Source: Chamaesiphon sp. (GTDB lineage: Bacteria > Cyanobacteriota > Cyanobacteriia > Cyanobacteriales > Chamaesiphonaceae). Taken from it: a DNA stretch of 64,000 bases. Numbering within the stretch: position 1 is the first letter of the stretch; the number at the start of each line of letters is the position of its first letter. The notes under the pieces are model-generated. The model did no database searches. It saw only the letters and a program-made list of their open reading frames with translations, and was not told the origin of the DNA. Shown one piece after another: positions 19,792 to 29,628 of this stretch. The position numbers were made by a program, and so were the translations under genes. The stretch is taken from contig CBDFFH010000022.1 of NCBI GenBank assembly GCA_965246715.1, positions 1-64,000 of the forward strand, written 5' to 3'.

Positions 19792-21117
19792 ATGAGTGAC
19801 TATCCGCCACTACTAGGCAATACAGAAATTGGGAGGCGACTTCTAGTAGTATTTGGGTTGATCCTGATTAATGCCTTTTTCGTGACTACGGAGTTTGCGA
19901 TCTTTTCGGTGCGGCGATCGCGTATCGCCCAATTAGTCGCATCTGGGGACGATCTTGCCAGAAAAGTGCAAGATTTACAGCGTAGCATCGAGCGGTTGCT
20001 ATCTACCACTCAGCTAGGGATTACCCTTTCAAGTTTGACCCTCGGTTGGATCGGCGAACGCGCGATCGCCCAAATTTTTACCGAGCGCTTAGTAAATCTG
20101 CCATTAGCGCACTCGCTAGCAACTGCACTGACATTCGTGCTGTTAGCCTATCTCCAAATTGTGTTTGGCGAACTGATTCCCAAATCGATCGCGCTGATTT
20201 ATGCCGAACAAATTGCCCGATTTTTAGGTACTCCCAGTTTAGCGATCGCGCGAATTTTCAGTCCGTTGATCTGGGTACTCGATCGCTCGACGCGTCTGTG
20301 TTTGCGGTTGTTGGGAATCAAGGATCGCAGCGATTACTACAGTCGGATGACATTCAAAGAGCTACAAACGATCGTTACCACCGAACGCGAATCGAGTGGA
20401 CTGGTGCTAGAGCAACGGGAGTTATTAAACAAAGTATTTGAATTTGCTGGAGTCTTGGCAACAGCGATCATGGTACCAAACACCCAAATCGCGACCATTC
20501 CCCGCTCTGCCACTTGTCAAACACTGCTAATTAAAGTCACCACGACTGGCTATTCCCGCTATCCCGTCACCGATGACTCTCTCAATCGGATTGTGGGCGT
20601 AGTTTCATTCAAAGATTTCGTCCCCATGCTCGCTCAGGGCAAAGCCGCCGGACAAATCCCGATCGGTGATTGGATTCAACCCGTAGAATTTGTCATCGAA
20701 TCCACTCCAGCTAGCATCGTCCTCAGTCAGATGCAGAAATCCGATACGCATATGACGATCGTGGTTGATGAATTTGGCAATACTGCTGGCTTGATTACCC
20801 GCCAAGATGCGATCGCGGCGATGACTGGACTCAAAGTAACCTCCGAGCGACCAACACAATTACTCCAAAAACTTGCTGACGGTACATTTTTGATCCAAGC
20901 ACAAATCAATCTCGAAGATCTCAACTCCCAACTGGGGATCGCCCTCCCCTTGGCTGATGATTACCAAACGCTCGCTGGATTTTTGCTTAACAAATTGCAA
21001 CATTTTCCGCAAGCTGGGGAATTCTTGAATTATGGGGACTGGAAGTTAACGGTGGTTTCTACTGCTGGCCCCAGAATCGATCGGGTTCGATTGCAAGGTA
21101 GTGAGGATAGGGGCTAG
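19792..21117 (+). CDS. Hemolysin-family CNNM/CBS/CorC transporter-associated protein
   Basis: NAFFVTTEFA, TQLGITLSSL, VFGELIPKS, CBS pair (GYSRYPV, VVDEFG), CorC C-terminus. Confidence 0.9.
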   Translation: MSDYPPLLGNTEIGRRLLVVFGLILINAFFVTTEFAIFSVRRSRIAQLVASGDDLARKVQDLQRSIERLLSTTQLGITLSSLTLGWIGERAIAQIFTERLVNLPLAHSLATALTFVLLAYLQIVFGELIPKSIALIYAEQIARFLGTPSLAIARIFSPLIWVLDRSTRLCLRLLGIKDRSDYYSRMTFKELQTIVTTERESSGLVLEQRELLNKVFEFAGVLATAIMVPNTQIATIPRSATCQTLLIKVTTTGYSRYPVTDDSLNRIVGVVSFKDFVPMLAQGKAAGQIPIGDWIQPVEFVIESTPASIVLSQMQKSDTHMTIVVDEFGNTAGLITRQDAIAAMTGLKVTSERPTQLLQKLADGTFLIQAQINLEDLNSQLGIALPLADDYQTLAGFLLNKLQHFPQAGEFLNYGDWKLTVVSTAGPRIDRVRLQGSEDRG

Positions 21118-21131
21118 TGGCTAGTGATTAA

Positions 21132-21292
21132 AATCCCCTCCTGTGAGCGAAAAGTGCATTTGGTCGGCTAGCCGACCAGTAGGTCTTGGGGTTTCCCCAA
21201 GTGGAGCACCTTTTCAAGACAGGGTGCCGCGTTCGCGAAGCGTTTGCCTTAGCAAAAGCGGCAGGACACATGTGTCCGGATGGGTGAGATCT
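21132..21292. repeat. Same dispersed repeat as 19681-19728, carrying nested small insertions
   Basis: aatcccctcc...agggtgccgc...aaagcggc...tgggt.agatct backbone interrupted by three hairpin-rich inserts. Confidence 0.65.
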
Positions 21293-21353
21293 GCGTCTCT
21301 GACTAACTCTTGCTCCCCAAATTCCTGCTCTCCCCATACTTCCCAACCACTGC

Positions 21354-22025
21354 TCAAGAAATCGCTGGATCTTGCCGATCGAGTTCGCTAAAAGCTGCCG
21401 CTCGGAGCAGACAAGAATCACAGACCCCACAGGGGACTGGATCGCCTGAGTAGCAAGACCAAGTTTTTGCCCAGGGTACGCCCAACCGATCGCCAAGCTG
21501 GATAATTTCGGTCTTTTTGAGATCGATCAGCGGTGTCACAATCTCGATCGGTTCGCCTTCTCGCCCTTGTTTGGTGCCGAGTCGATACACCGAGCGCATC
21601 GCCTCGATGTAGTCGGGGCGACAGTCGGGATAGCCAGAATAATCCAGTGCATTAACGCCAATATAGACCCGATCGGCACCGATCGCCTCGGCATATGCCA
21701 GGGCAAAACTCAAAAAGATCGTGTTGCGGGCGGGAACATAGGTAATCGGAATCGATTCTGACATTGCATTGGGAGCGCGGTGTTGCGGCAGATCGATCTC
21801 ACGATCTGTCAGTGCGGAGCCACCCCACAAACTCAGATCGAAACTGACTACCTGATGGGCGATCGCGCCACCAGCAGTCGCAATCTCGCTCGCAGCTTGC
21901 AGTTCGCGCCGATGGCGTTGCTGGTAATCAAACGAGAGGGCATAACAACTGTGACCTTCACTTTTTGCCAGGTACAGCACTGTCGACGAATCTAAACCAC
22001 CTGAGAGGAGAACGACTGCTTTCAC
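21354..22025 (-). CDS. queC: 7-cyano-7-deazaguanine synthase
   Basis: LSGGLDSS, TYVPARN, YPDCR, TWSCY...CGVCDSC. Confidence 0.96.
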   Translation of the reverse strand: MKAVVLLSGGLDSSTVLYLAKSEGHSCYALSFDYQQRHRRELQAASEIATAGGAIAHQVVSFDLSLWGGSALTDREIDLPQHRAPNAMSESIPITYVPARNTIFLSFALAYAEAIGADRVYIGVNALDYSGYPDCRPDYIEAMRSVYRLGTKQGREGEPIEIVTPLIDLKKTEIIQLGDRLGVPWAKTWSCYSGDPVPCGVCDSCLLRAAAFSELDRQDPAIS

Positions 22026-22403
22026 AATGACTAAAAGATAGGAATCGAAAAAAAATTAATGAGCTTATATTGTAACTTTTCCCGATCGTCCTGGAGCTGT
22101 TTATCTTTGTGACGATCGGTACGCAAATGAGAAAAATTCCATCTTTAGGAACATAAACAAAACTTTTCTGTTCTTTACAATTAATAATATGCGAAGATCG
22201 GATCGCGATCGTCACAGATAGATCGACCAGTCAACAGCGAGCTGTTATTCATACCAATGGTAGGCGAAACATTTTTCAACCGCTCGGTTAAGCTTCCCTT
22301 CTGTTAGTTAAGAGCTGATGTTGGGCAACGCAAGCCCCAGTACCAACTCGATCGATAACCGATCGCTGATAACTGAATTCATGGTGGAGGAGTACATTTT
22401 AGA

Positions 22404-23471
22404 GTGAAAAATAGCATGTCAGCCAGACAGTCACAGATCGAGATGCAATCGGGTTCGCCTCAACCACTTAGAGTAGGGCTGATCGGGATCGGCAATATGG
22501 GACAACACCACGCTAGAGTATTGAGCTTGCTCAAGAATATCAAGCTAGTTGGCATTGCCGATGTTAATGTCGAAAACGGTTTAGAAGCCGCGAGTAAGTA
22601 CAAGGCTAGATTTTATGAAGACTATCGCGATCTGATCTCTCAAGTCGATGCTGTGTGTATTGCTGTGCCCACTCGCTTGCACTATGAAGTCGGGATTGCT
22701 TGTCTGCAAGCTGGAATTCACGTCTTGATCGAAAAACCGATCGCAGCGACGATCGCGGAAGCTGAAGCTCTAGTCAATGCTGCTGCTGAATCTCAGTGCA
22801 TTCTCCAAGTCGGACATATCGAACGCTTCAATCCCGTTTTTCAAGAACTCAGTCAGGTACTCAAAACCGAGAAGGTGTTGGCCCTCGAAGCACACCGGAT
22901 GAGTCCCTACTCCAATCGTGCTAACGATGTGTCTGTAGTGTTAGATCTGATGATCCACGATATCGATTTATTACTCGAACTCGCTGGTGCGCCCGTAGTC
23001 GGTCTTACCGCCAGCGGTAGCCGCTGTGCCGAATCCAAATATTTGGATTACGTTACCGCAACTTTAGGATTTGCTAATGGTGTCGTCGCCACCCTGACGG
23101 CGAGTAAAGTCACTCACCGCAAGATGCGTCGCATCGCCGCGCATTGTCGTCAATCGCTGACGGAAGCCAATTTCCTCAGCAATGAAATTTTAATCCATCG
23201 CCACAACGCCGATTTACTCAATGAGTACCACCAAGGCTTGTACCGTCAAGATGGTCTGATTGAAAAAGTCTACGTCAAAAATATCGAACCGCTCTATGCC
23301 GAATTAGAGCATTTTGTTAACTGTGTTAGGTGCGGCAGCGAACCTTCTGTCGGTGGCGAGCAGGCACTCAAAGCCTTGCGGCTGGCTACGGCGATCGAGC
23401 AAATGGCTCTCGATGGCAATGTCTGGAAATTATCCGATCGCGATCGTGTAGAACTTTTAGGCACCAAATAA
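22404..23471 (+). CDS. Gfo/Idh/MocA-family oxidoreductase
   Basis: GIGNMGQHH, EKPIA, GHIERFNP, DLMIHD. Confidence 0.92.
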   Translation: MKNSMSARQSQIEMQSGSPQPLRVGLIGIGNMGQHHARVLSLLKNIKLVGIADVNVENGLEAASKYKARFYEDYRDLISQVDAVCIAVPTRLHYEVGIACLQAGIHVLIEKPIAATIAEAEALVNAAAESQCILQVGHIERFNPVFQELSQVLKTEKVLALEAHRMSPYSNRANDVSVVLDLMIHDIDLLLELAGAPVVGLTASGSRCAESKYLDYVTATLGFANGVVATLTASKVTHRKMRRIAAHCRQSLTEANFLSNEILIHRHNADLLNEYHQGLYRQDGLIEKVYVKNIEPLYAELEHFVNCVRCGSEPSVGGEQALKALRLATAIEQMALDGNVWKLSDRDRVELLGTK

Positions 23472-23637
23472 TCAGGCACAAACTGGATTACCCGATCGCT
23501 TAACAAATCAGTTGGGGTATCCTTGGAAGGGTACCCCTTAATTTTTGTACATAGCACCATAACCGCCAGGAACTCTACATCGCAGATTTTGGGAACAATG
23601 ACATAGTTGAGCGATCGAAACTTCCAGGTTAATTTTC

Positions 23638-24477
23638 ATGCGTCATTTACCTTCTCGAAAACTGTCCGCCAAAGAATTCAAGTGGAAAAGAGTTATGAGA
23701 TTGCTCTTATTTATCTATACTTGCTTTGGGATTTACATCTTTTTTCGAGCCGACAGCATGATGTTTTTACCTCAGCCAGTGAGCTACAAAGATACCAAAG
23801 ATATTCGGAAAATTCCTGTCACCGAATCCGAGCAGATTTCAGCGATATATTTGCCCAACAATCGAGCCAAATATACAATCCTCTACATCCACGGAAATGC
23901 CGAAGACTTAGGCGATGCTCGTCCGATGCTCGATCGATTGCAGGGGTTAGGATTTAGTGTTTTTGCTTATGACTATCGCGGTTATGGCACCAGTACTGGT
24001 ACTCCTGGCGAACAGAATGCTTATCGAGATGCTGAGGCTGCTTATACATACTTAACTCAACAACTCAAAATTTCACCTCAACAAATTATCGTCTATGGTC
24101 GATCGATCGGTGGCGGCTCCGCAACAGAAGTAGTAACTCGACATGCCACGGCTGGCTTGATTTTAGAGAGTACGTTTACATCTGCCTTTCGCGTTGTTTT
24201 GCCCTTCCCCTTGCTGCCTTTCGATAAGTTTACGAACCTCGATAAACTGCAAAAAGTCCATTGTCCCGTCCTGGTGATGCACGGTGGGATCGATCGAACG
24301 ATTCCGATTCAACACGGTCGGAAACTCTATGAAGTTGCTTCAGAGCCGAAAATATCTCTGTGGGTGAAAGATGCCGGACATGACGATCTACCTGAGATCG
24401 CAGGTAAACGCTACGACCAAGCTCTGTTGTCTTTTCAAAAACTTATCGATACACATCGATCGACTGGACTTCGATAA
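23638..24477 (+). CDS. Alpha/beta hydrolase (ABHD17-like)
   Basis: HGNAED, YDYRGYG, GRSIGG nucleophile elbow, HGGID, AGH. Confidence 0.9.
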   Translation: MRHLPSRKLSAKEFKWKRVMRLLLFIYTCFGIYIFFRADSMMFLPQPVSYKDTKDIRKIPVTESEQISAIYLPNNRAKYTILYIHGNAEDLGDARPMLDRLQGLGFSVFAYDYRGYGTSTGTPGEQNAYRDAEAAYTYLTQQLKISPQQIIVYGRSIGGGSATEVVTRHATAGLILESTFTSAFRVVLPFPLLPFDKFTNLDKLQKVHCPVLVMHGGIDRTIPIQHGRKLYEVASEPKISLWVKDAGHDDLPEIAGKRYDQALLSFQKLIDTHRSTGLR

Positions 24478-24492
24478 TGGCATATAGAACTG

Positions 24493-25938
24493 ATGGATCG
24501 GATTAAACAAACATTAAAACAAATTTGGGGGTACGATGAATTTCGATCGCCCCAAGCAGAGATTGTTGAGTGCCTACTCGTACAGCGGGATGCCCTGATT
24601 GTCATGCCTACAGGTGGCGGTAAGTCCCTCTGCTTTCAATTGCCAGCACTACTCAGTACTGGAGTTACGCTGGTAATCTCACCATTAGTCGCCTTGATGG
24701 AAAACCAAGTGCGGGAACTCACTGCCAGAGGCTTACCTGCTGGTCTACTCCATAGCGAACTTCCCGCCACCCAACGCAAACAGACACTACAAGCATTAGA
24801 AAATTGCCAATTGCGATTGTTGTACGTCTCGCCTGAAACACTGCTGACGCAGCCAGTGTGGATGAGACTCTGCGCTCCTGCACTTCAGATCGATCGACTG
24901 ATTCTCGATGAAGCCCACTGTCTGGTCCATTGGGGCGAAACTTTTCGTCCCACCTATCGGCGCTTGGGGGCGATTCGCACCGCCTTAATTCAAACTAAGT
25001 CGATTGGTACCAAAATCTCGATCGCGGCCTTTACAGCGACAGCCGACCCGATCTCCCAGCAAACGATCGCCCGCGTCTTGCAACTCGAACAGCCAGCTAA
25101 ATTCATCCTCGATCCTCACCGCCCAAATCTCCACTTAGCCGTAAAATCGGTATGGACACCACGCGCGAGACGGACAGCATTAACCAACTTCATTCAGCAA
25201 TATCCGCGTCAATCAGGACTGGTATACGTCCGTACCCGTCAAACTAGCGAAGAATTGGCCGATTTAGCGATCGCCAGTGGCGATCGGACGGCAGCTTATC
25301 ATGCTGGATTGAGTCCCCAAGCGCGTCGGCGGATCGAGGGAGATTGGTCTAGCGGCAAGCTGCAATATGCCATCTGTACTTGTGCGTTTGGGATGGGGAT
25401 TAATAAGGCTGAGGTACGCTGGATCGCGCATTTTCAACCACCCGTTTTATTAGCGGAGTATCTCCAAGAAATCGGTCGCGCGGGTCGCGATGGCAAACCT
25501 GCGGCCGCATTATTGTTAACCTGCGAACCGACGGGGTTACTCTATCCTGAAGATCGCCAACGACACAAATTTTTTACCCAGCAGGTCGATCGATCGTACG
25601 AGGCAGCCACGGCATTAGCCAAGCAATTACCAGTTCGGGGTAATATTGCTGAAATCGAACGAAAATTTCCGCAAGCGGCAGTCGCCTTATCACTGTTGCA
25701 CAGTATCGGCGAATTGGTCTGGGAGACTCCGTTTGAATATCGTCGGAGCGCTCCAGATCGGTCACCAAATTGGCAATCTCTTCGATCGCAGCAACAGTTA
25801 CTCGATCGACAAGTTGAGGTCTATATCAAACATCCAGGCTGTCGCTGGGCATATTTATTAACTGCCTTCGGCTGTCAGCCGCAGTCCGCCGCTTGGCGTT
25901 GTGGTAATTGCGATCGTTGTCATTCGCATCAGCGCTGA
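24493..25938 (+). CDS. recQ: RecQ-family ATP-dependent DNA helicase
   Basis: PTGGGKS, DEAH, TATA, QEIGRAGRDG, C-terminal Zn site CRW...CGNCDRC. Confidence 0.9.
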   Translation: MDRIKQTLKQIWGYDEFRSPQAEIVECLLVQRDALIVMPTGGGKSLCFQLPALLSTGVTLVISPLVALMENQVRELTARGLPAGLLHSELPATQRKQTLQALENCQLRLLYVSPETLLTQPVWMRLCAPALQIDRLILDEAHCLVHWGETFRPTYRRLGAIRTALIQTKSIGTKISIAAFTATADPISQQTIARVLQLEQPAKFILDPHRPNLHLAVKSVWTPRARRTALTNFIQQYPRQSGLVYVRTRQTSEELADLAIASGDRTAAYHAGLSPQARRRIEGDWSSGKLQYAICTCAFGMGINKAEVRWIAHFQPPVLLAEYLQEIGRAGRDGKPAAALLLTCEPTGLLYPEDRQRHKFFTQQVDRSYEAATALAKQLPVRGNIAEIERKFPQAAVALSLLHSIGELVWETPFEYRRSAPDRSPNWQSLRSQQQLLDRQVEVYIKHPGCRWAYLLTAFGCQPQSAAWRCGNCDRCHSHQR

Positions 25939-25978
25939 GTCCAGGTGTGGCTGCTCGGGCGGGATGCTGAATCTAAAT

Positions 25979-26180
25979 AACGTCAGTTCGGGTTAAGAAT
26001 ATTCGCTTCGTTCTAGTACGGCCAACGATTGAAATCGTAGCTGGTGTTGCGAAGGCAGGCTGTTGCCGCGAGCGGCAACAGCCTGCCTTCAGGGAATGAT
26101 TAACTAGTCCGCGAAGGCGGACTTCGCATCATGAGCAGAGACTTCAGTCTCTAGGCTCTTCTCGATCCAAACTCTCACGC
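25979..26180. repeat. Composite intergenic repeat (MITE/REP-like) with a perfect 19-bp-stem hairpin
   Basis: gaaggcaggctgttgccgc-ga-gcggcaacagcctgccttc (26051-26090); agtccgcgaaggcggact and agagacttcagtctct hairpins at 26104-26153. Confidence 0.55.
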
Positions 26181-26183
26181 TAA

Positions 26184-26621
26184 TTAGGTTGCCTTCTTGA
26201 GTTTGCGACGGCGGATTCTGGCAGCAACGGTGGCATGATCTACTAAAAAGCCAGCGGTGGGAATCTCCTGATATTGGCGTTCTGCTTCTAATTTTTTCAA
26301 CTCGGTATAGTCTACCCACTGAATGCAGTTGACTGGGCAGGTATCGATCGCTTCTTGGATCGTATCTTCGACATCGCCGTCTTGACGAACTACTCTAGCT
26401 CTACCATAATCCGGCTCGATGAAAAATGTATTTCGGGCGACATGAGCGCAGTGGCGACAACCGATACAAGTCATCTCATCCACATATACGCCCTGTTGCC
26501 GCCATACCCCACCTAATTCTGGCTCGAAACCCGATCGATCTCCAGCATCGCGCAGTAAGCCACCAAGTTCTGGCTCTAAGCCAGATTGGTTGCGATCTAA
26601 TGGTGGGGTAAAGTCTGCCAT
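26184..26621 (-). CDS. Ferredoxin (4Fe-4S single-cluster type)
   Basis: YVDEMTCIGCRHCA...AIDTCPVNCI. Confidence 0.9.
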   Translation of the reverse strand: MADFTPPLDRNQSGLEPELGGLLRDAGDRSGFEPELGGVWRQQGVYVDEMTCIGCRHCAHVARNTFFIEPDYGRARVVRQDGDVEDTIQEAIDTCPVNCIQWVDYTELKKLEAERQYQEIPTAGFLVDHATVAARIRRRKLKKAT

Positions 26622-26624
26622 CGA

Positions 26625-27014
26625 CTACGCACTCCACCGTTGGACGACGAGCTTAATCGACCCATCTTGGCGATCGACTTCTTCGGCGACCTGAAAACCT
26701 TGTTTGGTAGCTGCTGTGACGACGGTATGATAAGCGTAGCGCTGGGTAACTTGACTGATAAATCGATCGACCGACCAGTTTTGTTGCCAGAATTGCAGAT
26801 CGGCGATTAGTTCGTATTCGTTATCTTCGTTGCGACTAAAGCCGATATCGTAGCCATTTTCCTGCGCGATCGTGACTGCGGCGGTGCGGCTATCGCCCTT
26901 GTAGCCACGTACTGGCTGCGCTCCTGTTTTCCAATCGATGCCTAGATCGGTGAGTGCTGCCGTCAGGGAGTCGATGTTGCGGATCTTAGTTTTGATGTTG
27001 CTAAAGTGTGACAT
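26625..27014 (-). CDS. ycf35: DUF1257/Ycf35 family protein
   Basis: MSHFSNIKT...VRGY...DIGF...ADLQFWQQ...TQRYAY...LVVQRW. Confidence 0.88.
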   Translation of the reverse strand: MSHFSNIKTKIRNIDSLTAALTDLGIDWKTGAQPVRGYKGDSRTAAVTIAQENGYDIGFSRNEDNEYELIADLQFWQQNWSVDRFISQVTQRYAYHTVVTAATKQGFQVAEEVDRQDGSIKLVVQRWSA

Positions 27015-27082
27015 GGGTGGTGATGGGGATAGAGATGATGGACTTCAAGGACGGTCGATGCGAGATCGTTACTAAATAACGG

Positions 27083-27289
27083 TTACCAGGTAACTCGATC
27101 GGCAACAGTTGGCGTTAATTCGGCAGTTTGCGCGAAATATTCCGCAGTTTGTTCCTGGCTGACTACACGACCTAGCTCGGATTCGATCGCTGCCGTTACG
27201 ACAGTACAAGCTTGACCCACTACACCAGTGACTTTTTCCTGTACTCGTCCATCTGGATAGATGATAAACTCTAGCGTCTCCATGCTCAT
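27083..27289 (-). CDS. DUF2997 family protein
   Basis: LEFIIYPDGRVQEKVTGVVGQAC...IESELG...T.EYF; usual partner of DUF1257. Confidence 0.88.
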   Translation of the reverse strand: MSMETLEFIIYPDGRVQEKVTGVVGQACTVVTAAIESELGRVVSQEQTAEYFAQTAELTPTVADRVTW

Positions 27290-27725
27290 CGGTCTGTAAG
27301 CCCTCCAGTTTATGTCGATCGGATCTGTTCGGAATCTAGCGTTGGGTTAGTGGTTGGTGGTGATTGCCGATCGCCAGCAAGATCCCAGCGCTCGCCACTT
27401 TAGAAAAGTTATTATTTGTTTTAGTCGCTACTGGCATTATACGTAAGTTTCGCTTAATTTAGGCGGTGCGGTCAAGTTTTGTAAACTTTTATGATAATCG
27501 CTCGAATGTTATGAAAGTAACAGCGGTGTTGCTGCCTGTTAGCCTTGTTACCGAACTGCACGTTAGCTCCGCCGCATCTCGCATCAGTGAAGTATTTTTA
27601 AAAAATAATCAGATCTTAAGAATTATTCCCGAAAATTGTCGCCGCGATCGCGACTCAGGCAGCAAAGTTGGCGCAAGTCATTTAATGACGATGTAAATAT
27701 CAGCGATCGAGAAGCTAACTGCCAG

Positions 27726-28016
27726 ATGGAAACACGGCATCGCCAGTATCTAGCGCCGCTAGCCGACAAGTATCCCCAATTAAGTAGATTGCGGACGATG
27801 GGAACGATCGCTGCTGTCGATATTATCAATCGAGATCGACCGGGATATCTCAATCGTGTCGGCATGGAAATTCGGCATCAAGCGATCGAGTGTGGGCTTT
27901 TACTCCGTCCCCTGGGTAATGTATTGTATCTGATGCTGCCCTATTGTATCGAGGAGGCAGAATTAGGTTGGGTATACGAAAGAATCGATCGAGTTTTGGA
28001 GCGGGTGCTCCACTAA
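27726..28016 (+). pseudogene. bioA: C-terminal fragment of adenosylmethionine-8-amino-7-oxononanoate aminotransferase
   Basis: LRTMGTIAAVD...GLLLRPLGNVLYLMLPYCIEEAEL matches the BioA C-terminus; the N-terminal PLP-binding part is absent. Confidence 0.7.
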
Positions 28017-28172
28017 AATTTAGCGATAAACTCCGATTAGTAAACGTAGGTTGGGGAACACTCAAGGGTAGAATAGCGATCGAGGATTTTAGTTTAACTG
28101 TAGCGATCGCATTGCAATTTAGGTTTTGAGTTATTTATCCCTGATGTCCGATCGGTAGCGTTTTATAGTGAT

Positions 28173-29360
28173 ATGGTTCGATCTTACCCCCGCAATAATT
28201 TTCTAGACATCCTCCGCGATCCTCTGACGGTAACGCTTATGGCTTCGATCGCGCTACATGCGGCGGTCGGCGCTTATTTATTGCCGATTCTTACCAAGGC
28301 ACAACCTGAAGGCATAAAAGCCGACCCTGGCACCGTCAAAGTCGTAGAACTCACTCCCAACGAACTTCAACGCATTCCCCAAGCACCAGAACCGATCCCG
28401 ACACCAACTCCAGCACAACCAGTCTTACCGCCTGTCTACAAACCCAGTACCCCTGTCGCTCCTACCGCTCCCAAATACTCAACAACGATTCCCGCATCAC
28501 CAATTCGTACCCCACCGAAAAAGACCGCAACTAACACGCCCAAAGGCAGTAAGAATCAGCCAACTAAAGCACCAGCATCAGGTGGCATCTTCGATCCCGA
28601 GATTTTTAACACTCCTAGTCCCAAGCCCAGCAAACCCCCTACTAAAAAAGGCGAGACTAGTAAGGCATCGCCCAAGCCAATAGTTACGCCATCGATTAAA
28701 CCCACAACATCACCTAAGCCAGCAACTAAAGCGCCGACTCCTACCAAACCACAAGCTACAGCCGACCCAAATACAGATGATGATGGCGGCGGACAGACCT
28801 CCTCAAATACGCCGCCGACTACTCCGCCGAAAACAAGTCAACAACCAGTAACAACACCAACGACCAAACCAGCTGGTTCCGCAACTACTCAGTTGCCATC
28901 GAATCAACAAAACAATGGTTCTCCTAGCGGTGGTGGAACAAAGCCTTTTGGTGCCTATGACCAAGCAGCTACCGCACGACTGAGAGACTATTACACTAAA
29001 TATCCCGACCTAAAAGCTTATCCGACGAAAAGAATATTACAACAATATCCAGCAGGAATACCATGCAGCAAAGTCAAACAACCTCCTTTTATCGTGTTAA
29101 TGGTTGCTCTTGACAAAATAGTTCCAGGTCAAGATGCAGATATCTTGGGTAATGATACTTCAAATCTGCCTGAGAATGAGAAGCCATATGTTGATGGAGA
29201 TCCAACAATATTAAAGAATACAAAGTTGCTAGAGGTTGCTACTACTGCTGGATTCTCAGACGCAACTACTTCGGACAGAAATCGCCCAGACGCAGATAAA
29301 AACAGACATGTTCTGTACTCATACAGAGTCGAATTCGACCCCGCAACATGTAAAAATTAG
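28173..29360 (+). CDS. Membrane-anchored Pro/Thr/Lys-rich protein (TonB-like architecture)
   Basis: TM with SxxxH motif (ASIALHA), long proline-rich linker, globular C-terminus. Confidence 0.65.
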   Translation: MVRSYPRNNFLDILRDPLTVTLMASIALHAAVGAYLLPILTKAQPEGIKADPGTVKVVELTPNELQRIPQAPEPIPTPTPAQPVLPPVYKPSTPVAPTAPKYSTTIPASPIRTPPKKTATNTPKGSKNQPTKAPASGGIFDPEIFNTPSPKPSKPPTKKGETSKASPKPIVTPSIKPTTSPKPATKAPTPTKPQATADPNTDDDGGGQTSSNTPPTTPPKTSQQPVTTPTTKPAGSATTQLPSNQQNNGSPSGGGTKPFGAYDQAATARLRDYYTKYPDLKAYPTKRILQQYPAGIPCSKVKQPPFIVLMVALDKIVPGQDADILGNDTSNLPENEKPYVDGDPTILKNTKLLEVATTAGFSDATTSDRNRPDADKNRHVLYSYRVEFDPATCKN

Positions 29361-29427
29361 ACTCCATATACCATCAAAAATTATGCAGCCTAGCTAGGCG
29401 GACACTTCCCACCCAGACCTTTCAGCC

Positions 29428-29600
29428 TGTATAAATACCTAGTGCTGTGATGGCGTAAACTGGTGTTCAATTCGATCGACACTAGTGCTTGAGTGCCCCT
29501 CCTCGATCGAAATTATGACTTTTTATCGACCGCCGAAGACGGCGCGCAAGCTTCGAGGAGGGGCACGCCATAATTGAAAAAGCTTCAAAACGGCATCCTA
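29428..29600. mobile_element. Copy B of the MITE-like repeat (inverted relative to 8635-8837)
   Basis: tgtataaatacctagtgctgtgatggcgtaaactggtgttcaattcg...gtgcccctcctcga...tcgaggaggggcacgccataattgaaaaagcttcaaa. Confidence 0.75.
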
Positions 29601-29628
29601 AGCTAACAATATTTAGAGATCGATCGAT

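Noticed and set aside
21128..21496. ORFs 21128-21496 (-) and 21143-21391 (+)
   Set aside because: They are open frames running through GC-rich nested repeats and the end of queC, with no protein-like signature.
23514..23537. ggggtatccttggaagggtacccc as another 7-2-7 LuxR box
   Set aside because: It lacks the TACGT core and lies just after a stop codon, so a terminator-type hairpin is the simpler explanation.
26184..27289. DUF2997-DUF1257-ferredoxin operon as a novel system
   Set aside because: This is a widely conserved cyanobacterial arrangement. Its function is unclear, but nothing here is unusual.
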